64,000 nt of DNA from Octopus sinensis (GCF_006345805.1 NC_043002.1:41354001-41418000), one strand, 5' to 3'; counted from the first letter of the stretch, positions 1 through 11,754 are shown. Program-made: numbers and translations. The notes: a model not told the origin generated them from the letters alone.

Positions 1-587
1 TAGGGACACAAAGGAAGTGAAAGAGAAAGAAAGAAAGTGAGAGAGACAGTAGATACATAATTCCAAAGTAAAGTTCATACATAGATACATACACACAGCA
101 AATATTGGATGTCAATTTCACTTTTCATTACCACACGAGGATAAAATTAACTGACAAATGGTTGAATACTCCAAAGACATGCATGACATTAACGTAGTTC
201 TCAGGGAGATCCAGCCTCACACAGAATATGATAAGACTGGCCCCTTTGAATTACAGCTACAACTCGAGACATATATATATATATATATATATTATGAATG
301 TATTTGTGTGTGTATAGTTTAGGTTACTTAAAACATATTTGCAATAATAAGTGTCGCGTGGTGGAAATAAACGCAATTACAAAACTTTCATTCTTAAATC
401 CATTTATTATTTCGTTCTTTTGCATTTCAATTTGTACATTAAGGTTCATTGAATATGTACAAAGTATTTTAAGGCTGAATAGTAATTCCGTTTACGTTTG
501 TGTAACTGAGATATTTTGGTTGGATTATTTAGTTATTGGTGTTACATTACTTTCTATATTCTGTAACTGTCACAATATACTTTTCTA

Positions 588-775
588 TGCCTGAATGTTT
601 TGTGGGGAGGTGTCCACTTGATAAGATTGACCCCAGCACACAACTGATACTTAATTTATCGACCCCGAAAGGACAAAAGGCAAAGTCGATCACGGCAGAA
701 TTTGAACTCAGAACACAAAGACAGACGGTCATAATATACAAACATTTCTCCTGGCACCGTACACTGTTTACAGAT
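588..775 (-). mobile_element. tRNA-headed SINE family A, partial
   Basis: Reverse complement of the recurrent core GAGTTCAAATT...CTTTCATCCTTTCGGGGTCGATAAA seen in >15 copies in this window. Confidence 0.75.
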
Positions 776-817
776 GCTTACATTTTTTATGCTTTCCATG
801 AATTTTTCACGGGTCCA

Positions 818-818
<1 letters not shown>

Positions 819-867
<49 letters not shown>
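819..867. repeat. (ATT)n microsatellite
   Basis: Direct reading. Confidence 0.95.
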
Positions 868-967
868 CCATTTTGTTCATCATGTACGTGTGTATTCATC
901 ATTATTTTATTTCATTTTATTTTAGAATCGTATTTAACTTATTTTATGCGTGACTTTTGACCCTCCC

Positions 968-987
968 TGTATATTTGTGTGTATGTG

Positions 988-1046
<59 letters not shown>

Positions 1047-1132
1047 TGTGTATGTGTGTGTATGTATGTGTATATATGCTATCACACATATATATGTATA
1101 TGTATGTATTTATGTATGGATGGATGGATGGT

Positions 1133-1193
<61 letters not shown>

Positions 1194-1217
1194 CAGCAGC
1201 AGCAGCAGCAGCAGCAA
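968..1217. repeat. Compound microsatellite (TA)/(TG)/(GTA)n/(GCA)n
   Basis: Direct reading; explains the ORFs at 934-1278. Confidence 0.95.
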
Positions 1218-1939
1218 TACTACCCTTAGTCGCAGAATTGCGTTGTTGCAAATCGCAATAAGTATTCAGCGCGTCTGAAGGCAGAGTTTGTTATTTGCCT
1301 TTGTGTGCATGTGTAAGTTCACGCGAGCGTGTATGCATATGTATATGAGCATATTTGCATGTGCACATATGTGTGTGTGTGATGTGGTGTGTGTATGTAT
1401 GTGTGTGTGTGTCTACACATACACACACATCTATTTACATAAATACTCAGAAAATCACACGCACACACACACACACACACTACACACTACACACGCGCGC
1501 ACAAGCCATATATATATTCCTTTGTTACTCTCTGTTTCTATATTTGTTGCTCCTTCGTTTTATTGTATTGCATTATAATGCTCTCTTTATTTCCTTCTTT
1601 TATGGAAATGAATGAAATTATTATTACCACTGCTGTTGTTGTTGTTAACTTGTGGAGTTTCGATGAGTAAGGATTTGTTAGCTGCTTGACAAGTCCATGG
1701 ATTATTTTCAATAGGACACGTCCAGTAACGAAATGTTGACTTAGGTGGTTTATGTGGTCGTATTTTTTTTCTTTGTCATTGTTCATAGCTACTAACATGT
1801 GAAATGCAGGTCTAATGCTTTATAAGTGTTATTACCATTGTTATTATTATTATCAATTCGTCATAAAAGGTAGGGAAGTGCTTTGCTGTCTGTAGGCTTT
1901 TTTTTGGACTAGCGAAATTTTATTTTTTCGTTTACTTGT

Positions 1940-2138
1940 TTTACTTTCAGTCATTTGACTGCGGCCATGCTGAAGCACCGCCTTTAGTCGAGCAAATCGA
2001 CCCCAGGACTTATTCTTTGGTAAGCCTAGTACTTATTCTGTTGGTCTCTTTTGTCGAACTGCTAGGTTACGGGGACATAAACACATCAGCATCGGTTGTC
2101 AAGCGATGTTGGAGGCACAAACACAGACACACAAACAT

Positions 2139-2175
<37 letters not shown>

Positions 2176-2348
2176 CATATATACGACGGGATTCTTTCAG
2201 TTTCCGTCAACCAAATCCACTTACAAGGCTTTGATCTGCTCGAGGCTATAGTAGAAAACACTTGCCCAAGGTGCCACGAATTGGGAATGAACCCATGACC
2301 ATGTGGTTGGTAAGCTAGCTACTTACCACACAGCCACTCCTGCGCCTC
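1940..2348 (-). mobile_element. SINE family B, near full length
   Basis: Reverse complement of 58176-58590 type: GCAGGAGTGGCTGTGTGGTAAG head, internal (TG/TA) tract, CAGCATGGCCGCAGTCAAATGACTGAAA tail. Confidence 0.85.
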
Positions 2349-2379
2349 AATACAATTTTTTTTTTTAATATTCAGTCTG

Positions 2380-2620
2380 AACTTCTTTAGGATGGCAAGT
2401 GTTGGGAAAGCGAGTAAATGTGAATCGAAAGTGAACTGCGGGTAGTAGAAGCTTTAGGAAGGAATAATTAGGAACATGTCTGTATAGGTCAGAGGAATAA
2501 GATCTAGCAGATGTAACGAAGGAAGATGGAAACGAGTGGCTTATGTGGGCTTGGGTAGAGAAGTATGCAGTTTGCGAGTTCAACAGGAGAAAAGGCCATT
2601 GGAAATGTGGTAGATCTGGA
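2380..2620 (-). pseudogene. Possible decayed LINE (CR1/L2/Jockey-like) ORF2 3' end
   Basis: Mixed-frame translation IYHISNGL..ELANCIL resembles the C-terminal stretch of such elements (from memory); frameshifted. Confidence 0.25.
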
Positions 2621-2859
2621 GAGAGAAAAAACAACGTCTAGGTGTCAATGGTCGTAGGCGGTTGTAGTGTTTGTGAGTGAATGTTTTTCATTCAGTACAC
2701 TAATTGTATTTAGAAAGTAGTCCAGTTTCTTTTTTTTTTTTCTTTTTTTTCTTTTTACATCAGATTCAGGAGGACGAGCGAGGCAGAAATGTTGAGCATT
2801 GAAGATGATAGAAATGTAGTTTTTGGTTAAGGTTCACGCTCCCTCGCCTCCTGTCAGCT

Positions 2860-2990
2860 AAAATGCCACATCATCATTTCCTTCTTCCGGTCTTCGCGCA
2901 TGCGCGAGAGGGCACTTACCCTCTGCCTTTCCAGAAGGCTCCAACCCCGCACATGCGAACTGAAGATGACGTTGCGCGCGCGCGCACTGT
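2860..2990. promoter_or_regulatory. CpG-rich promoter-like module
   Basis: ETS-type CTTCCGG 2884-2890, NRF1-type palindrome CGCGCATGCGCG 2895-2906, TGACGT 2967-2972, (GC)6 2974-2985, minus-strand donor GGTAAGTG at 2913-2920. Confidence 0.45.
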
Positions 2991-3389
2991 TGGATAGCGT
3001 CACTACAGAAACATCTGGCCCAGAGTTACAACATCCGATTCAAGAAAGCTATGGTATTGTCGAAACGCCTACAGAGCTACTTCACCGCCTCATGAGATAT
3101 CGACCCTGCTGCATTCGGAGATAGAGTAGAGCAGCACCAGCAACACACCTGTTTTTACCCTAAAAATGTAATTGCAGTGCTGTCCATAATAAGGGAGATG
3201 TGCACCAATATGGATCTAACTAGAGTTTTGCAGAAATTAAACAACTGATCAGAGCTATGTCCTACAAAGAAAGCCTAGTCTATAAGAGGTATTTGTATTA
3301 CTAATGTTACATAGGAATGATTAGATTGGGAGATCATCCGAGGTTTGAGGCTTGGGTTTTATTGAGTAATGTTCATATGCAGAGACAGT

Positions 3390-3610
3390 GGAGGCAGATG
3401 GCCTAGTGGTTAGAGCAGCGGACTCGCGGTTCGAGGGATCGCGGGTTCGAATCTCAGACCGGGCGGTGTGTGTGTTTATGAGCGAAACATCTAAGCTCCA
3501 CGCGGCTCCGGTAGAAGGTAATGGCGAACCTCTGTTGACTCTTTCGCCACAACTTTCTCTCATTCTTTCCTCCTGCATCTTGCTCACCTATACGCCAAGA
3601 AACCGGCTTG
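3390..3610 (+). mobile_element. tRNA-derived SINE (third head type)
   Basis: A box TGGCCTAGTGG and B box GGTTCGAATC followed by a non-tRNA body; acceptor stem does not close. Confidence 0.75.
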
Positions 3611-4329
3611 AGAAGGAACAAACAAACAACAACAACAATATGCAGAGACTGCTTTTCTTTAGTTAAAAGATTTTAAAGTGTCATATTCAAATTAGAGGAT
3701 GTTTTCCACGTCATTGTTCAAGATAAAGTAGATGTAAAGGCAAAATATGTCTGAAAAGCTTTCTTTTAAGGCAAAGTCTTAAACGTTTAACATTCGACCG
3801 AAAAATGCGAATTTATTTCAAAGTTACTGCCCCAATTCTTCTTAAGTCCCAACGATCTCGTTGAAGCTTACTCGGGATATTTTTTTTGAAAATATGGACG
3901 AGAACAAACTACTGAAAAGTATAAATTGCTAAGTCATATCTTCTTGATGTGAATAACTAAATCTACTATTTTCTGACAAAGTATCGCCCCCTTCATAGTA
4001 ATTATAAGGAAACTGAATCGATTCCAATAAAACAAGAAATTCAAAGAGTAGACCAATTACTTCTTAAGATGGTATTTTTGCAACAAACTAACGTAATGTC
4101 TCCTTACAGACGTATATATTCATTGATTTACGTTATTATAACTATTTAGTGGAGTATTGGTATATTTCTATATTTAACTTCTAAGTAAGATCATGGGGGA
4201 AACTAATAAAAATCTTTTATGTTTAAACAAAATGAAAGCAAGATTTATAGTGATTCATGCCAGGAACTGGTTGTTATTATTATCATTATTACTGTTGTCG
4301 TTGTTGCTGTTATTGTTGTTACTCTCCTC

Positions 4330-4370
4330 CTCCTTTTCATTATCATCATCATCATCATCATCATTATTAC

Positions 4371-4427
<57 letters not shown>

Positions 4428-4428
4428 G
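4330..4428. repeat. (ATC)n/(ATT)n microsatellite, possibly the tail of the adjacent RLE retroelement
   Basis: Direct reading. Confidence 0.9.
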
Positions 4429-4539
4429 ATAGTAGTATCATTGCGTGCATTCGCTACACAAATGAGCGCAGCTCTGTGAATCTGGGCGTTTGTAGTGTTT
4501 TGTTTTGCTTTTATACTTTTATATTTTCTGTTGTATTAA

Positions 4540-5260
4540 AACACTATTCTATCCAATATATGTGCAGTGCTTTATTCTGTATGCTATCCATATTTGTACA
4601 TTCTCAGGTCTGAGTTGTATTGTTGCCTACTACACATTTTAAATCATTCCCCAAACATCTATTTTTATAGGATTGGTTCTGTTTTCTGTCTTCACATTCA
4701 AATTCTCTAATTCTCGAACATCATACATTTGTATAATTTCCCTATTTCGTTATCATCCGCTGGGAGTGATACTTCGATCAGGAGGCATTTCAATTCCAGC
4801 CTGTCCTTAATAACAGTACCCGGTTGATTAGGCTTAATTTTCCCATCCGTAGCCGCTTCTCAGTCTTCTAAACCTTTTCTTTCGTATTTTTAAGCCGTCT
4901 TTTTTTTTTTGTTGATATTTCATAATAATGGCCTGTCTGCCTACCAATGTAAAGAAGCCTCATTTGTCATGCATGTAGACGTATCAGTATGTAGATGGTT
5001 AAAACACTAAAACTGGGCAGCCAGGGATAAAGTTTTTCTTCTCAGCATTCACATTTTCTTCAGTTACTTAATGAATTGAACTTCATTACTTGCTTATTGT
5101 GTTTCTAGTAGGATGTTCCTCCATAATCCTTTGGTTTCAGCTTTGAGTTTTGCACTTCTTAGCCAGTGTGATTCTTTTTTCTCTGTTTCCACTTTATTTA
5201 TTTTGTTAGCTAGTTACTTACTGATTTTAGACACTGGCCGTGTAGGGTCCTTTCTTGCTA
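4540..5260 (-). pseudogene. Decayed non-LTR retrotransposon with restriction-like endonuclease (R4/Dong-like)
   Basis: Minus-strand pieces SHWLRSAKLKAETKG and DGKIKPNQPGTVIKDRLELKCLLIEVSLPADDN match the WL..SGLKAETEG and RPDIV..K..CLLIDV.IP motifs of RLE non-LTR ORFs; stops and frameshifts. Confidence 0.6.
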
Positions 5261-5484
5261 TCACTTTAGTATGATATTCTGTAGCCCTACTTTTAACTTT
5301 ATAGATCTTTTAATCTATTGTTTCTTATTTTCTCGTCTCAACTGTCTATCATTTCAGTCCGTTTTGTATTTTTCAATGAAAAATTTCCTTTGTGGAATTG
5401 ATTCCTATTTTCTCGAAATTTTTCCCCTTTCCTTTGAGAATTGCAAACAGCTGCCGCTACATGTTCGCTTTTCTTTATTCAGCA

Positions 5485-5906
5485 AGATGTATGCATGGCT
5501 GTGTGGTTTAGAAGTTCATTTTGCTACCACGTGGTTTTGAATTCAGTCCCATTGCGCAACATTGGAAAAGGAAAATTTGAAAGTGTTTTGCTGTGTATAT
5601 GCATAGGGAACTGAAGGCAAAACGAGCAGCTTTATCTGTAGAAGTGTTACTAATAGGGCCACCTTCGTAGAAAAGAGTCGGGCAAAATGGCTAACTTTTT
5701 TAGCCAGATATCAGCCAGTTCTTTTGCAATATGGGAAGCAAGAGAACTTGAAAACTGTGAAATACACGACGCATCCTTTGCTTTCCTTATTGCCGTTTTA
5801 CAGGTGCAGTAATTGTGGGTAAATATGCGCTAGTACTATACTATTCTAGGGCTGACAAATACTTTGTGAGTGGATTTAGTAGACATAAACTATATGGAAA
5901 CCTGTC

Positions 5907-5941
<35 letters not shown>

Positions 5942-6043
5942 TATGTGCGTGCGTGCGTGTATATGTGTGTGTGTGTGAGTGTGTGTGTGTGCGTGCGTGC
6001 GTGCGTGTGTGTGTATGTGTGTGTGCGTGTGTGTGTGTGTGTG

Positions 6044-6086
<43 letters not shown>

Positions 6087-6140
6087 TCCCCCATCCCTGC
6101 ATTTGACAACCAATGGCTGAAACAAATAAGGGATAAAAGA
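5485..6140 (+). mobile_element. SINE family B interrupted by a 272-bp insert and an expanded (TG)n tract
   Basis: Head at 5485-5562 resumes at 5835; tail TGACTGAAACAAATAA-like near 6115-6140. Confidence 0.7.
5563..5834 (+). repeat. Local direct duplicate, copy 1 (partner 6773-7035)
   Basis: Near-identical to 6773-7035 with scattered substitutions and one ~9-bp indel. Confidence 0.95.
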
Positions 6141-6149
6141 TAAAACTAA

Positions 6150-6450
6150 GAGACGAATTTCAGTTCAGTTATAAATTTTGCACACGCCATTCAGTACATC
6201 ACCACCCACCCACGTAAATTCAGACCATTGACCTCCTTGGGTTGTTTTCCTTGACTAAAATTTTGTAATTAACATATTATATTCTTCATAACACCCTTTG
6301 GCCTGGTCCACTGATCCAAAGCAAATTTGAGAAAAACTATATTTCACTGATGAGCTGCAATGAGATCGAAACATATCGATAGATGTCATAGTGATTATTA
6401 ACAAAGATGGAATTTTTTCCTATAAACATGAAAATACAATTTTCTGCGAA
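6150..6450 (+). mobile_element. Penelope-like pseudo-LTR fragment with hammerhead-like core
   Basis: CTGATGA 6347-6353, GAAAC 6368-6372, palindromic loop TATCGATA, GTC 6385-6387. Confidence 0.4.
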
Positions 6451-6772
6451 ATTACTTCTTTTTCTTGTTTTAAATATATCTCATTTCTCTTTCAGAGCAT
6501 CCAATAATTGGCACTACGTTCATGTTTTCTTTTTCTAAGCAGCAAATTTCAAAGTATGCATTGCGTACATTATTCATAAGTAATTAGTAACATCATTAGT
6601 GACATCATTAGTAATTTTTTTTTTTCCTATATTCACCAGCTTTACTGAAGATACCATAGTTTTTTTTTCTTTTATTATTTTTTTAAAAAGATATTTCTAT
6701 TTGTTTTAAATATTTGTATTGTTGGTTTGTTGTGACTGAATAACTTTACGTGCATTAGTGAAACAAGCGGAG

Positions 6773-7035
6773 TGGAAAAGGAAAATTTGAAAGCGTTTTG
6801 CTGTGTATATGTATAGGGAACTGAAAACAAAACGAGCAGCTTTATCTGTACTAACAGGGCCATCTTCGTAGAAAAAAGACGGGCAAAATGGCTAACTTTT
6901 TTAGCCAGATATCAGCCAGTTCTGTTGCAATATGAGAAGTAAGAGAACTTGAAAACTGTGAAATACACGACGCATCCTTTGCTTTCCTTATTGCCGTTTT
7001 ACAGGTGCAGTAATGGTGGGTAAATATGCGCTAGT
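6773..7035 (+). repeat. Local direct duplicate, copy 2
   Basis: See 5563-5834. Confidence 0.95.
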
Positions 7036-8349
7036 TATTGATAGCAAGTGACTCTTTCTCTCTCTCTCTCTCTATCTCTATCTCTCTCTCTATCTCTCTT
7101 TCTATCTATCTATCTATCTAATCTATCTATCTATCTATCTATCTATCTCTGGGTATTGTAAAAAGCTTGCTTTCCTTTAAGGGCTGCAGTGCAACTAACA
7201 GCTAATAACTAACTTAGTTGGTTACTTTAGTAATGGTCACCCGCATAGTTATTTCGAGTGGCTCAGAAGTGAAGCACATTTGCTACAAAGAATAGTATAG
7301 TACTATCGGAGCTTCGATGTGGTAAGAACAAGACAACAGTAACTTAAAATGATTGGCAAGTAAGGAAGACAGTTCTACACGTTTTCGTCTTATTAAACCT
7401 CTTCAGCAAAGCATAAGCTTTCTGTACGAGAAGTAATGATGGGAATTGAAATAATAGAAAGCTGGCATCTATTTATGTCATAACATGAGGTAAACTGAAA
7501 TATGAAGTAGAATAAAGTATTTTGCACGGAACACGCGCAGCAGGTTTAAACTCGAGAACCATGAGTAAGTAATCTGGTAAATCTATCCTTTTGGCTATCT
7601 ACTGATTATGAATATTCAAAGAGAAAATACAAACATTTGATGCTTGACATATATTTCCTTCATTAAATGAATTACTATAGATACTAATATAAATAATATA
7701 AATTGGTGAGCTAATTATTGTAAACTTATTTACACGTGAGAAATAATTAATCAGATTATGAAATTCATTATTTGATTAACTGTAAATGCATTTTTTTAAA
7801 TTCGACCTTCTGAGCTGTTAAATGTCTCTGATCGACATGAGGTGTCACTTCAGTTCCTTAAATATTTGTGGAGAAATACTAAGTAGAGAAAAGAAAATAT
7901 CAAGGGAAATTTCAAAATACATCAGTTAACATATTTAACAGTTGACATATTTAAAGCAAGGAAGCGTCCAAAACTAATAGAAAGCAAATATATGGTACGG
8001 AAAAGACAATATTAGCTCAATGATTGGCAAGTATGGGAGATAATTCTTGATACGTTTTTATGTTATTAAACCTCTTCAACGAAGCATAGACTGCACCGTA
8101 CTTGCAGAAGTAGTGATGAAAAGAATCATTAAGTTCGTTTGCAGAAAGCCCATCTTGAGAACGGTTTTCTACTAGTCGTTTATAAATACGGATATACAAG
8201 GATTTTGCTGATAACAATGCAAAAGTGGGTGGGTAGGACCTTGTTTTTTTTTTATTGACTAACATAGGTTTTTTTTCCAATTGCACATGTTAGTGGAGTT
8301 ACTCTTCCACTATAGTAACTTATCTTCCTTTTCTTCGTCATTGAAGGCG

Positions 8350-8640
8350 ATGATGGGCTTCGAGCAGAAACAATGAGCCGTCATTAAGTTCTTTGCATAA
8401 AGGGTTGCAGACTGGTTATAAAGATGACACTACTGATAAGAGCAACGTGCATAAATGCATGAAGAAGTTTAAAGAAGGAATAAACGGTATTGAAGACAAA
8501 CTACGCAGTGAGAACGCATCAACTGCGACAATTGAGATGAAACGCCAGCAAGTGGACGAATCGATATACGCGAACAGACGAATCACAATCCGTGAACATT
8601 CTGCACAATTGAATTGTGATCACGATGCCTAACAGAAGAT
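8350..8640 (+). pseudogene. Mariner transposase N-terminal HTH fragment
   Basis: EQKQ*AVIKF..HKGLQTGYKDDTTDKSNVHKCMKKFKEG..IEDKLRS..QQVDESIYANRRITIRE matches the mariner HTH pattern. Confidence 0.8.
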
Positions 8641-8649
8641 ATTCTTTTC

Positions 8650-9202
8650 TAATCTAGGCACAAGGCCCGAAATTTTGAGGGAGGAGGCCAGCCGATTAGT
8701 ACTTAATTTATCGACCCCGAAAGGATGAAAGACAAAGTCGACCTCGGCAGAATTTGAGCTCAGAACGTAGCGGCAGACGAAATACCTATTTCTTTACTAT
8801 CCACAAGGGGCTAAACACAGAGAGGACAAACAAGGACAGACAAACGGATTAAGCCGATTACATCGACCCCAGTGCAAAACTGGTACTTAATTTATCGACC
8901 CCGAAAGAATGAAAAGCAAAGTCGACCTCGGCAGAATTTGAGCTCAGAACGTAGCGGCAGACGAAATACCTATTTCTTTACTATCCACAAGGGGCTAAAC
9001 ACAGAGGGGACAAACAAGGACAGACAAACGGATTAAGACGATTACATCGACCCCAGTGCGTAACTGGTACTTAATTTATTGACCCCGAAGGGATGAAAGG
9101 CAAAGTCGACCTCGGCGGAATTTGAACTCAGAACGTAATGGCAGACGAAATACGGTTACGCATTTCGCCCGGCGTGCTAACGTTTCTGCCAGCTCGCCGC
9201 CC
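8650..9202 (-). mobile_element. SINE family A tandem array (two 184-bp units plus a head-bearing unit)
   Basis: 8701-8884 and 8885-9068 are near-identical; head GGCGGCGAGCTGGCAGAA (rc) ends ~9202. Confidence 0.9.
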
Positions 9203-10244
9203 TTGTAGTAAACAAAACTGCGATGAAAAGCTTTGTAACAGTTACAATCCCGGTTTGTATATTAGGAACTAAATTTTTCCAAATAGCAAATAGAGCCTTC
9301 ATTTATAAGAGACTTCTATCTCCAACAGTTCCCTGTTTAACAAAATTGTCTGCCAATGAACAATTCTGAACAACTGTGCCTCACCTTTTCCCTTTCGTCC
9401 CTCTCCCTTTCCTCCTTCTGACTCGCAATTTCTATTTCTTATCTTCCGAGTTGAAAACTGAAGTATCAGGTCTCCTTTACAGACGGTGAGAGTTTCAGCT
9501 TAGCTAAAGAGAGTGATAGAATTGTTACCTAAATACACAGAGACGTCGGCAGCATTTATTATTAGATGTAAAATAATGTACACGAACAGGCAAATAAATT
9601 AGCATATTTGAAATACATAAATCACCGAGTGATATAGAACGTGAGTAGAAAACGTTATTAATATCACAGCCACTGGAATTACCGAAATATATAATTACAC
9701 TTGCTTAGAATTATAAACAAGGTTTCAGTATCTGATTATCCATTAGCCGAGAAGCGTAGTAGCGTGGCAGAATCGGATACTGACGATAAATGTTCTGCAA
9801 ATATTTTATTACGTCATGTTGTGGTCTGTGTTCAAATCCAGTTTGAGTCAACGTTGTCTTAAACCATTCAAAAGGTAACAAAATAAGGACCAGTGAAAAA
9901 CTGAATTGATTTCACCCTTTGCCTATCCAAAGTATTTTCATAAGTTTGTCCTAAAACATCCATGGATTGTTTTCAACCCTTTTAAGTTACCTCTTTTCGT
10001 ACGTTCGACGTTCTGAGTCATATAAAGCATTCCTTTCGTAAGTCTGAACTTATTCAGGTGATTGGAAGAAAATTAGGAATGAGTATCATATAAAATGATG
10101 GGACGCTAGGGAAATATCTCCTGTGTATCACGTCATACCACAAGACTGGCAGAGGTTTGGTTTAATGCCGGTTCTCCTTCCATGATATTCTTGGCCTTGT
10201 GACCATGTGAGACATCATCATCATTATCGTTCACTTTCATATAT

Positions 10245-10392
<148 letters not shown>

Positions 10393-10744
10393 CTGAAGAG
10401 ATAGAGAGATGTGAGTGTGTATGAGAGAGAGAGAGGAAGGGTTGTCCTCTCCCACCGTTCAACAACCGCTGTTTATTTGTTTACATTCCCTTAATCTAGT
10501 GATTCAGCAAAGGGACTCCACTGGAATAAGTACAAGGCTTTTAAAATAAGTCCTAGAGTCGATCTGTTCTACTGAACCCTTCAAGGCGGTGCCACAGCAA
10601 GGCCGCAGTCCAACGACTGACGCAAGTAAAAGATAAGGGAACCAGTGTTCGGTTACACTATCCGCTAGAAATAGTAACCTATATACCCCACAAATCACAC
10701 TGCACAGTCTTAACAACAAAAATGTATGGTGAATTAGAGAAAAT

Positions 10745-11164
10745 GGATCTTTTCGGTTTGACCGGCAGTTTTTTAAAATGATTTCCACGTAACTAAACAC
10801 GTTTAAACTTCGTATACTGGTAGAATGTGTTTATAAAACATCTTTTTCTCTTAGCTTTATTGAGAGAATTCTATAGTTTGTAAGATATTTGTTGTTTTTT
10901 CTTCAATTTCTGCAATTTCAACCAATCAATGATGTCTGTTGAGGTGAAAACATTCTGTGCCGTATGAATATGCCCCCCGTTTAAGAAACAGATTGGGTTT
11001 ATTTACATTTCTGAGGAATTAAAGATACCTTTCCTCCACCCCTAACCCTAACCCTAACCCTAAAACAGATTGAAATGCAATAGATCGATACTAGGGTCAT
11101 AATTATGGGTGACAATATCATATGACACCGCTAGAAAAAACTGCCGGTCAAACCGAAAAGATCC
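10745..11164. mobile_element. Non-autonomous DNA transposon, GGATCTTTTCGGTTTGACCGGCAG TIRs, with (CCCTAA)4
   Basis: ~30-bp terminal inverted repeats; perfect telomeric hexamers 11040-11063; body shared with 43616-44004 and the left arm of 17574-18390; no clear TSD. Confidence 0.85.
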
Positions 11165-11439
11165 CGAATATTGTACTAAATGCACTTTCTGAAAAAGGAT
11201 AAATAAATAAGAAAAGAAAAGAAAGAAAGCAAAAAGAGAAAAAAGACAAGGTGGTTTTAGCCTTTGATTTATAGGTCTGCTGGAGTAGGACTCACCCCGG
11301 GTTAAACAATAACAACAACAACAACTAATCAATATTCGGTCTGGACTTATTGGATACTCGCTGAGAATGCAGGTTGCTATTTTCAAATGGATGGCGCTAA
11401 TTATAGTCAAACACTGTAGCTATATACATTCATACGGTG

Positions 11440-11625
11440 TGTGTGTGTGTGCATACACACATTCATACATACATACATACATACATACATACATACATCA
11501 TACATACATACATACATGCACACACACACACATATATATATATATATAGCTGGTAGACGTCCTGTACCCATATATGCATTATATATATATATATATGTAT
11601 GTATGTATGTATGTATATATGTATA

Positions 11626-11664
<39 letters not shown>

Positions 11665-11673
11665 GTATATATA

Positions 11674-11720
<47 letters not shown>

Positions 11721-11754
11721 GATATATATATATATATTATATATATATATATAT

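Noticed and set aside
934-1615. ORFs rich in V/C/Y/I/T/H
   Set aside because: Translations of (TG)n, (TA)n and (GTA)n microsatellites
2900-3124. 74-aa ORF MRERALTL.. and a CTGAAGA-TGACG..CGTCA..GAAAC hammerhead-like motif
   Set aside because: No recognisable protein; 5 extra nt between stem II and GAAA and no stem I, so not a valid hammerhead
3390-3465. tRNA gene
   Set aside because: A and B boxes are present but there is no acceptor stem and it continues into a SINE body
8701-9070. CRISPR-like or regularly spaced repeats
   Set aside because: 184-bp SINE monomers without unique spacers; eukaryotic context, no cas genes
10140-10239. Possible minus-strand exon MKVNDNDDDVSHGHKAKNIMEGEPALNQTSASLV with GTATGA donor
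   Set aside because: The start abuts a microsatellite, there is no good acceptor and no partner exon or homology; kept only as a note
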